Source: Octopus sinensis
Lineage: Eukaryota
Direction of reading: 5' to 3'
Assembly (NCBI RefSeq): GCF_006345805.1
Contig: NC_043015.1
Coordinates: forward strand, 40,982,001 to 41,046,000
DNA: 64,000 nt
Position numbers and translations under genes: made by a program. Shown one piece after another: positions 60,401 to 64,000 of the stretch (position 1 is the first letter of the stretch; every line of letters starts with the position of its first letter). The notes under the pieces were generated by a model. It ran no database searches, had not been told where the DNA came from, and saw nothing but the letters and a program-made list of their open reading frames with translations.

Positions 60401-61050
60401 AGATTACTCCTGTCCACTCAGCTGTATGACACTCTGTCCAGCAGAGATGGTCAAGATCTCAGTCCCTTGCACACAACGGAAACTGAGAAACCAGTCCTAA
60501 GTCCTAAGGTTCGACTCCATCCCACAACCAATTTCTTTATTAGCCACAAGGGCCCAAACATAGAGGGGGGACAATACAGCCTAATTGGGGTCAGACACAC
60601 AATGATTATATGACTTTTAAAATTTTACAAAATATTATGAAATCGAATGAGATACAACAAGGACGAAATACAGACATGAGATGGAGCAGAGAGGGGTTAT
60701 GCTCTTACCCCACGAGCCCCATTCTCCATCCCACAACCACCACCTCCCTGTTGGTTACCCCAGTTATAAAGATGACTCAATCTCTCTCTCTGCATTTACA
60801 GGTTATTGGCAAGAAATCAATTAAGAAGAAGAAGAAGAAGAACAAGAAGAATGATGCCTCATCAAATGTGGAAACGAACCCTGAAGCATCAGGGGACACA
60901 ACATTGGTGCAAGGCATTCAGTCTGCCTATACCATGTTGGCCTGCAACTGTGCACCGTCTCCGACAGAAGCTAAATGTATTAAAATTACAAATATTGACG
61001 AATTTAAGGAGACTCTCACTAAATTACCAAACCATAAAATTCAACCTTAA
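23951..61050 (+). CDS. NRDC: Nardilysin (N-arginine dibasic convertase, M16A metallopeptidase), whole gene span: 32 coding exons, 1054 aa
   Basis: The spliced exons sum to 3165 nt with consistent phases and GT-AG boundaries. The protein has an inverted zinc motif HFLEH, REIKAVDSE, an acidic insert after LLISD (typical of nardilysin rather than IDE), KPLDY..HEG, LWYKKD.KF..PK, LRTKHQLGY and a C-terminus ITNIDEFKETL..LP.HKI, collinear with nardilysin as I recall it. Confidence 0.95.
24230..24601 (-). mobile_element. SINE family B, full length
   Basis: Head aggcgtaggagtggctgtgtggtaag...GGTTCAGTCCC (A/B boxes), CCTTGGGCAAGTG central motif, internal (TA)/(TG) linker. Confidence 0.9.
24874..25160 (-). 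mobile_element. SINE family C ((GAT)n-tailed, internal ~70-bp subrepeats)
   Basis: Reverse complement of tggttggcgttaggaagggcatc...ccaacccatgctagc..taaacgatga. Confidence 0.85.
25320..26100 (-). mobile_element. Decayed non-LTR retrotransposon RT fragment (RTE-X-like), interrupted by a SINE
   Basis: QCKLWT.KRCIGITGRL, LEVMDNFCYLGDQISSGG...RIRIGWRKFRE, then after the SINE IYDAYIQTVILHGHESWALNAEDMQRLERIESNMICWMCNV. Confidence 0.82.
25446..25682 (+). mobile_element. Young SINE-A with an 18-bp TSD, inserted in a LINE relic
   Basis: TSD gtatatatgcatcgtata (25428-25445) / gtatatatgcattgtata (25683-25700). Confidence 0.92.
26508..26712 (+). CDS. NRDC: NRDC coding exon 2 (acidic domain)
   Basis: IITLNNGLRALLISDLRDTDEYSEITFTSDTEESDADSLPDDVQSDTDESESEGNPRNKRCNIGNKKK; CTAAC branch point, polypyrimidine tract and CAG; donor GTAAAC. 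Confidence 0.95.
26805..27153 (-). mobile_element. SINE family C
   Basis: Same family; several gtgccaccggcac subrepeats. Confidence 0.88.
27271..27865. repeat. 215-bp tandem repeat x3 (third copy internally deleted)
   Basis: Units start at 27271, 27486 and 27701. Confidence 0.92.
28206..28287 (+). CDS. NRDC: NRDC coding exon 3 (HxxEH zinc motif)
   Basis: AAAALCVGVGGMSDPPDIQGLSHFLEH(M); TAG|...|GTGAGT. Confidence 0.97.
28570..29470. mobile_element. SINE-C copies: + 28570-28830, - 28915-29070, - 29290-29470
   Basis: Family-C 3' core on both strands. Confidence 0.75.
29578..29678 (+). CDS. NRDC: NRDC coding exon 4
   Basis: VFMGSKKYPKENEFDDFLARHGGYSNAWTDYEA; CAG|...|GTATGT. Confidence 0.96.
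29845..30325 (+). mobile_element. tRNA-derived SINE family D (composite); relatives at ~8240-8500, 12240-12480 (-), 39390-40050, 49850-50140, 53560-53790, 60290-60520
   Basis: tRNA-like head (TGG..TAG..GGTT(C/T)(G/A)ATTCC), ttgagcgaaacac motif, shared ccacaactttctctcactctttctt and gtctgtgga.tgctcagccacttg segments. Confidence 0.7.
30828..30954 (+). CDS. NRDC: NRDC coding exon 5
   Basis: TVFYFNVQQKFFEKSLDMFAQFFISPLMREDSVNREIKAVDS(E); the third zinc-ligand Glu codon is split by the intron. Confidence 0.96.
31353..31590 (+). mobile_element. Young SINE-A (long-tail subtype)
   Basis: Near-consensus copy with CpGs intact. Confidence 0.9.
31762..31857 (+). CDS. NRDC: NRDC coding exon 6
   Basis: FEEGRPDDDNRSARLLANLCRTGHPIGNFIE(G); CAG|...|GTGAGT. 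Confidence 0.95.
31945..32290 (-). mobile_element. R4/Dong-like LINE 3' end (REL-endonuclease C-terminus, UTR and (TAA)n tail)
   Basis: ILVVIGALGMIAKG...LAEIQKIVLIGTDHILRKILSV*; flanked on both sides by (TAA)n tracts on the element's sense strand. Confidence 0.72.
32746..32990. mobile_element. Tail-to-tail fold-back pair of truncated SINE-A copies
   Basis: The + head at 32746-32862 is immediately followed by a - head at 32874-32990. Confidence 0.85.
33041..33515. mobile_element. SINE-A (+, 33041-33255) and SINE-A (-, ~33308-33515), inverted pair just upstream of exon 7
   Basis: Family core motifs on opposite strands. Confidence 0.75.
33566..33688 (+). CDS. NRDC: NRDC coding exon 7
   Basis: NITSLRTDPNKDNIDVYSRLKEYHQKMYSAHFMTLAVQSK(E); TAG|...|GTAAGC. 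Confidence 0.95.
34198..35343. mobile_element. SINE-C copies: - 34198-34555 and + 35180-35343
   Basis: Family-C core in opposite orientations within one intron. Confidence 0.82.
35345..35600 (-). mobile_element. CR1/L2-like LINE 3' end
   Basis: The minus strand reads DFRKHFF(T)LRVAEAWNKLPASVVSCRSTASFKTSML* with one homopolymer frameshift; this is the FF..RV...WN.LP terminal motif of CR1-group ORF2. Confidence 0.75.
35660..35717 (+). CDS. NRDC: NRDC coding exon 8
   Basis: TLDVLDEWVREIFSHIPN(N); CAG|...|GTAAGG. Confidence 0.94.
36374..36630 (-). mobile_element. SINE family C
   Basis: (CAT)n followed by the family-C core. Confidence 0.85.
37035..37068 (+). CDS. NRDC: NRDC coding exon 9 (34 nt)
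   Basis: NEAKPTFLHEP; T-tract CAG|...|GTAAGT; phases 2 to 0 fit both neighbours. Confidence 0.85.
37440..37836 (-). mobile_element. SINE family C
   Basis: Family-C core plus subrepeat array. Confidence 0.87.
38071..38110 (+). CDS. NRDC: NRDC coding exon 10 (40 nt)
   Basis: CPFDTAEFSKFYH(V); CAG|...|GTAAAC. Confidence 0.88.
38413..38482 (+). CDS. NRDC: NRDC coding exon 11
   Basis: VSVKDTHKVSLNWALTPLLKHY(E); CAG|...|GTGAGT. Confidence 0.93.
38597..38900 (-). mobile_element. Tc1/mariner transposon 3' relic (transposase C-terminus and TIR)
   Basis: DTKDELKARIMAAFTNL...RFQSRLEAMVEANGDFIE* followed by a terminus TA|CAGGGTG at 38595-38603. Confidence 0.8.
39111..39188 (+). CDS. NRDC: NRDC coding exon 12
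   Basis: SKPLDYLSTLFLHEGAGSILSYLKK(Q); CAG|...|GTAAGT. Confidence 0.95.
39474..39957. mobile_element. Non-autonomous Tc1/pogo(Tc2)-type MITE inserted into a SINE
   Basis: 25-bp TIRs ccgtaaatccttgagtataatctgc / gcagactatactcgaggatttacag (22/25 match), TA target duplication on both sides, internal TGCGTATTATACAC subrepeats. Confidence 0.85.
40219..40339 (+). CDS. NRDC: NRDC coding exon 13
   Basis: MWALHIEGGNATSGFEFNSVWSCFYIDIILTDSGVNHVYE; TAG|...|GTGAGT. Confidence 0.95.
40945..41058 (+). CDS. NRDC: NRDC coding exon 14
   Basis: VLTVVFQYLEMVKKKGLLKYIYDEEKAIQDMKFRWQEK; CAG|...|GTAAAG. Confidence 0.94.
41277..41497 (+). mobile_element. Young SINE-A with a 14-bp TSD
   Basis: ggtatgtgattgta at 41263-41276 and 41494-41507. 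Confidence 0.92.
41703..41807 (+). CDS. NRDC: NRDC coding exon 15
   Basis: GSSVDYVERLSENMQVYNKEHFLTGDCLLFQYNEE; CAG|...|GTAAGT. Confidence 0.95.
42266..42389 (+). CDS. NRDC: NRDC coding exon 16
   Basis: LIKSCLDQLTPAKTNVILLTKKDSGLCTKEEKWYGTKYYDT(D); CAG|...|GTAATT. Confidence 0.94.
42722..42950 (+). mobile_element. Young SINE-A with a 15-bp TSD
   Basis: atgggtggtcagtta at 42707-42721 and 42951-42965. Confidence 0.92.
43211..43243 (+). CDS. NRDC: NRDC coding exon 17 (33 nt)
   Basis: FDPEWLAKWQ(N); CAG|...|GTAAGT. Confidence 0.87.
43717..43767 (+). CDS. NRDC: NRDC coding exon 18
   Basis: LQLNPELYLPEPNKYL(A); CAG|...|GTAACT. Confidence 0.9.
43852..43944. repeat. 40-bp tandem repeat x2.3
   Basis: ccatactggagcaatatggccatactgtggcta(g/c)tgatga. 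Confidence 0.85.
44865..44911 (+). CDS. NRDC: NRDC coding exon 19
   Basis: KDFSLKDVPPEQKDK; CAG|...|GTAGGG. Confidence 0.87.
45485..45560 (+). CDS. NRDC: NRDC coding exon 20
   Basis: SPFLIMENEKCKLWYKKDTKFNIPK(V); CAG|...|GTGAGC. Confidence 0.94.
45762..45813 (+). CDS. NRDC: NRDC coding exon 21
   Basis: QTFFKLMSPVIGESLE(S); CAG|...|GTTTGT (weak donor, but the phase fits). Confidence 0.85.
46333..46695 (+). mobile_element. SINE family C
   Basis: Ends taaacgatgatgatgatgatga. Confidence 0.88.
46883..46966 (+). CDS. NRDC: NRDC coding exon 22
   Basis: SILFELFIDVLLQKLAEPTYHAIEADL(S); CAG|...|GTACAT. Confidence 0.93.
47230..47516. mobile_element. Partial + SINE-A fused to a full - SINE-A (inverted pair)
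   Basis: 47235-47308 is complementary to ~47395-47472. Confidence 0.85.
47693..47759 (+). CDS. NRDC: NRDC coding exon 23
   Basis: YSLTDKKTGLVILVKGFNDKIP; CAG|...|GTAAGT. Confidence 0.94.
47927..48316 (+). mobile_element. SINE family B, full length
   Basis: Same family as 24230-24601 in the opposite orientation. Confidence 0.9.
48601..49300. mobile_element. SINE-C copies: - 48601-48745 and + 48955-49300
   Basis: Family-C core in opposite orientations. Confidence 0.85.
49422..49549 (+). CDS. NRDC: NRDC coding exon 24
   Basis: ELFQTIVDELANFEFSDELFEVCKSQLQKDYYNSMIKPYNAA(C); CAG|...|GTAAGT. Confidence 0.94.
50600..50850 (-). mobile_element. Second R4/Dong-like LINE 3' fragment
   Basis: VGSLGTVSEEIKRNVKEIGIEYPVGLLQKVCLLGTARIIRKVLDS* (stop at 50684-50686). 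The adjacent 50440-50550 is similar to 1375-1470 and may be its 3' UTR. Confidence 0.72.
51003..51162 (+). CDS. NRDC: NRDC coding exon 25
   Basis: GLMLAVIMDKFYSLPNKYCELPKLQPGMLRNWYQQFRRQIYYEGLVIGNMTTE; CAG|...|GTTAGT. Confidence 0.92.
51690..52178 (+). mobile_element. SINE family C, long copy
   Basis: Multiple subrepeats, then the core and a (GAT)n tail. Confidence 0.88.
52573..52644 (+). CDS. NRDC: NRDC coding exon 26
   Basis: TAKGMMGYLVDKMNANAHKEDCFQ; CAG|...|GTAAGT. Confidence 0.9.
52815..53228 (+). mobile_element. Chimeric SINE: family-B tRNA head joined to a family-C body and tail
   Basis: aggcgcaggagtggctgtgtgg...cacctttggcaa switches to ctggcttccatgccag... and ends with (GAT)n. Confidence 0.8.
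54109..54339. mobile_element. piggyBac-like (TTAA) MITE; a related copy at ~28444-28530 and 28850-28910 is split by a SINE
   Basis: TTAA at 54105-54108; termini resemble CCCTTTAGCATTTAAA / TTTAAATGCTAAA; the internal sequence is shared with 28444-28530. Confidence 0.5.
54420..54563 (+). CDS. NRDC: NRDC coding exon 27
   Basis: NCLLQLPIGQFCCQVQSFNQDSTHSTILMYYQVDPGSIFTSCLNEMLV; CAG|...|GTGAGT. Confidence 0.93.
54800..54945 (-). mobile_element. SINE family B, 5' half (decayed)
   Basis: gggcttctttcagtttc...gctatagtagaagatacttgctcaaggtg...acacagccac. Confidence 0.75.
54941..55105. repeat. 17-bp minisatellite (acacctgcacctacgtc) x9.7
   Basis: Period-17 repeats from 54941; nearly perfect. Confidence 0.97.
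55320..55456 (+). CDS. NRDC: NRDC coding exon 28
   Basis: TRMYEPLFDILRTKHQLGYSVSVSEEVRRGILGFSIVIEFQAHKY(S); conserved LRTK.QLGY motif. Confidence 0.96.
55580..56690. mobile_element. Several truncated SINE-C copies and one decayed SINE-A copy
   Basis: C at about 55580-55700 (-), 56250-56440 (+) and 56540-56690 (-); A at about 55850-56070. Confidence 0.7.
57289..57379 (+). CDS. NRDC: NRDC coding exon 29
   Basis: PELVNNKAYSFIKDFVDMMVNLTTEEFQSL; CAG|...|GTGAGT. Confidence 0.92.
57575..57875. mobile_element. Head-to-head SINE-A copies (- 57575-57738, + 57808-57875)
   Basis: A-box heads face outward across a ~70-nt spacer. Confidence 0.78.
57889..58345. repeat. Diverged tandem duplication; each unit starts with a long palindrome
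   Basis: Palindromes at 57889-57948 and about 58143-58190; tattaaatgttgtccaatatttcatacaatga... occurs at about 57996 and 58188. Confidence 0.85.
58452..58568 (+). CDS. NRDC: NRDC coding exon 30
   Basis: KESLITAKKCEDTKLAEEARRHWHEIFYQIYVFNRLEKE; CAG|...|GTGGGT. Confidence 0.94.
59032..59442. other. 335-bp GC-rich insert (59070-59404) flanked by a perfect 38-bp direct repeat
   Basis: gtaagtagggtttatttttagcagattcctgacaccaa at 59032-59069 and 59405-59442; the insert is about 59% GC by hand count (198/335). Confidence 0.9.
60019..60108 (+). CDS. NRDC: NRDC coding exon 31
   Basis: VEALHRITYDDFINYVKKCLLNECRVVSLQ; CAG|...|GTAAGT. Confidence 0.93.
60802..61050 (+). CDS. NRDC: NRDC coding exon 32 (terminal, TAA stop)
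   Basis: VIGKKSIKKKKKKNKKNDASSNVETNPEASGDTTLVQGIQSAYTMLACNCAPSPTEAKCIKITNIDEFKETLTKLPNHKIQP*. Confidence 0.93.
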   Translation, partial: VIGKKSIKKKKKKNKKNDASSNVETNPEASGDTTLVQGIQSAYTMLACNCAPSPTEAKCIKITNIDEFKETLTKLPNHKIQP

Positions 61051-61152
61051 ATTATTAGCTTTGCTTTTTTTGCTTTTTTTTTTCCCACCTCCAAACCTTT
61101 TGAATTAAATTTCCAAGATTTTTATTTAAATTCGAAAACATCCACCCACACC

Positions 61153-61176
61153 AATAAAATTTTGTAAAATAATAAA
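61153..61176 (+). terminator. Candidate polyadenylation signals for NRDC
   Basis: AATAAA at 61153-61158 and 61171-61176, about 100 nt after the stop codon. Usage is not demonstrable from sequence. Confidence 0.45.
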
Positions 61177-61508
61177 GAAAAAAAACAGCCCCCCACCGTT
61201 ATTTCCTGATGACTGTTACAACAGTGATGATGATGATGATGGAATATTTCAGAGAATAAATGGAAATTATCTGAATTAAAATATCTTCTTATTTTTAAAG
61301 AAATATTGATTGGATTGTTATAGAGGCAGGGGTGTGGCTGTGTGTGTGTGTGACAGGGTGTTGTCTTCTTTTTTACTTTAAACAAGACTTTTCCTTTTTT
61401 GTGATGTATTTACTTTTAGTATGATACACGTGTTTCTTTCTGAAGTGTATGTTTACCAAGTTCTGACACCAGATTATTAGTATCACTATACTTAAGTGAA
61501 AGTATACA

Positions 61509-61740
61509 AAGGCGGCGTGCTGGCAGAAACGTTAGCACGCCGGGCGAAATGCTTAGCAGTATTTCGTCTGCCGTTACGTTCTGAGTTCAAATTCCGCCGA
61601 CGTAGACTTTGCTTTTCATCCTTTTAGGATCGATAAATAAAGTACCAGTTTCGCACTAGGGTCGGTGTAATCGACTTAATCCCTTTGTCTGTCCTTGTTT
61701 GTCCCCTCTATGTTTAGCCCCTTGTGGGTAGTAAAGAGAT
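61509..61740 (+). mobile_element. Young SINE-A downstream of NRDC
   Basis: Near-consensus long-tail copy; imperfect TSD tatact.agtgaaa. Confidence 0.88.
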
Positions 61741-61761
61741 ATATACTTTAGTGAAATATTG

Positions 61762-61792
<31 letters not shown>

Positions 61793-62500
61793 CGCAGGAA
61801 TGGCTGTGTTGTAAGTAGCTTGCTTACCAACCACATGGTTCCGGGTTCAGTCCCACTGTGTGATACCTTGGGCAAGTGTCTTCTACAACAGCCTCAGACC
61901 GACCAAAGACAATCCTTGAGGAAAAAAATAGAAATAAAAAATGTTGAAATATTTTTGGTTAGAATAAATGGAAGAGACAAGAGGAAGCGTGCCTATGGTT
62001 TCAGTCAACAGACTGTGGCCAGATCAAGGACAAAAAAAATTCAGCATTCACTGTCCTGATAAAAAACATAGAGACACATGATGCATACAGACATACATAC
62101 ACATGTCCATACATGTACTACTCTTTACTCTTTTACTTGTTTCAGTCATTTGACTGTGGCCATGCTGGAGCAGCACCTTTAATCGAGCAACTCGACCCCG
62201 GGACTTATTCTTTTGTAAGCCCAGTACTTATTCTATCGGTCTCTGTTGCCGAACCGCTAAGTGACGGGGACATAAACACACCAGCATCGGTCAAGCGATG
62301 TTGAGAGGACAAACATACACGTACACATATATACGACAGGCTTCTTTCAGTTTCCGTCTACCAAATCCACTCACAAGGCTTTGGTCAGACCAAGGCTATA
62401 GCAGAAGACACTTGCCCTGGGTGCCACGCAGTGGGACTGAACCCGGAACCATGTGGTTGGTAAACAAGCTACTTACCACACAGCCACTCCTATGCCTATG

Positions 62501-62595
<95 letters not shown>

Positions 62596-62764
62596 TATAT
62601 ACGACGGGCTTCTTTCAGTTTCCGTCTACCAAATCCACTCACAAGGCTTTGGTCGGCCCGAGGCTATAGTAGAAGACACTTGCCCAAGGTGCCACGCAGT
62701 GGGACTGAACCCGGAACCATGTGGTTGGTAAACAAGCTACTTACCACACAGCCACTCCTGCGCC
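61793..62764. mobile_element. SINE-B cluster: + head (61793-61910), full - copy (62120-62490) and duplicated - 5' half (62602-62764)
   Basis: Family-B motifs; the two - halves are separated by a long (TA)n run. Confidence 0.87.
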
Positions 62765-63536
62765 ACATACAAACATTATATATAATATTATATACATACA
62801 AACATTATATATAATACAAAATTATAATTTATTGTGTGCGTTAGAAGTAAGTCAATATATTTTTTTTATATAAAGCATTTAAGAGAACTTCTTTTCTCAT
62901 GGAGATATTAATTTGCATATGTCTGCGGGACCATATCTGATTAGAACTTCAGCAGCTGCTTGTATTTATCATCCATTCCTCAAGTAATAAATATTGTTAG
63001 AATAGAGATTACCGGAAGGGAAGAAGCAAGACTTCAGAAAGACTTCCATTCATTTTCTTTCTCTTTTTTTCTAAGCAGTTTTTTGTTGTTTTTTTTTTTA
63101 CCTCATGGTAGTTTCTCCTTCCTGTTGACCCGGTTGTAGTAAACTATTTGTGCCATTATGACAAGATTTAGCAGAATGCTGCAGAGGAAGTTGATGGATA
63201 CTGCATGGTCTCCAGTTTCATGGAATGAGGTTAAAAGACGAGCTATGCAAACAAAGGAAAAATGTTAATAATAATATTAAAAATAATAATAGTTTCAAAT
63301 AATAATAATACGCATATGCAATAATAATAATAATAATAGTAATAATAATAACAATAATCATATGCAATCATAATAAAAGTAATAATCATATGCAATAATA
63401 ATTAATAATAATAATAATAATAGTAATAATGATAATAATATGCAATAATAATAGTAATAATAATAAAAATAATAGTAGTAATAATGATAATAATAATATG
63501 CAATAATAATAATATTCAATAATAATAATAATAATG

Positions 63537-64000
63537 GTTTCAAATTTTGCCACAAGGACAGCAATTTTGGGGGAGGAGATGAGGAAGCACAGACAAAATT
63601 CCCCTAAGCATTTTGCCCGGCGTGTTAACACCTTAATAATAATAACAATAATAATTCTTTCTACTAAAGGCACAATGCCAGAAATTTTGAGGTGGGGAGG
63701 TAAGTCAATTAATTACATTGACCCCAGTACTCAACTGGTACTTATTTTATCAACTCTGAAGGGATAAAAAGCTAAGTTTGCCCAGCATAGCAACAATTCT
63801 GCCAGCCTACCACCTTAATAATAATAATGATAATTATTATTATTATTATTTCAAAATTTTTTCCACAAGGGCATCTCATGGGGATGAGTCAATAACATCG
63901 ACCCTAGTATTCAGCTGTTACTTATTTTATCAACCCCCTGGAAGGATGAAAGGCAAAGTTGACCTCGGTGGAATTTGAACTCGGAACGGAGCAACAGGAG
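63537..64000 (-). mobile_element. Three decayed SINE-A copies on the minus strand
   Basis: Reverse-complement core motifs at about 63537-63635, 63657-63815 and 63855-64000. Confidence 0.75.

Noticed and set aside
23951-61050. Insulin-degrading enzyme (IDE) as the gene identity
   Set aside because: The acidic insert before the HxxEH region and motifs such as DNIDVYSRLKEY, EGGNATSGFEFNS and KCEDTKLAEE fit nardilysin better.

Overview
AT-rich, microsatellite- and SINE-dense eukaryotic DNA. The repeat families look like those I associate with Octopus genomes (inference; no search was run). The window holds one complete protein-coding gene on the + strand: nardilysin (NRDC, M16A zinc metallopeptidase). 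I traced it by hand as 32 GT-AG coding exons from 23951 to 61050 (3165 nt, 1054 aa). All intron phases are consistent, and the HFLEH zinc motif, the third zinc-ligand Glu (REIKAVDSE), the acidic insert and LRTKHQLGY are intact. A probable promoter (two TGACGTCA palindromes, a CCAAT box and a GTAAGT donor) lies at about 18 kb, next to a ~70-bp VNTR. The rest is four tRNA-type or RTE-tailed SINE families, LINE 3' fragments (RTE, RTE-X-like, CR1-like, R4/Dong-like), a Tc1/mariner relic, MITEs and many local tandem or templated duplications. No rRNA, real tRNA, CRISPR array or prokaryotic system is supported. The most unusual object is a 335-bp, ~59% GC, CpG-rich insert in NRDC intron 30. It is bracketed by a perfect 38-bp direct repeat that starts exactly at an AG|GTAAGT recursive-splice-like junction. 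Repeat coordinates are read by eye (about +/-10 nt); exon coordinates were checked codon by codon.
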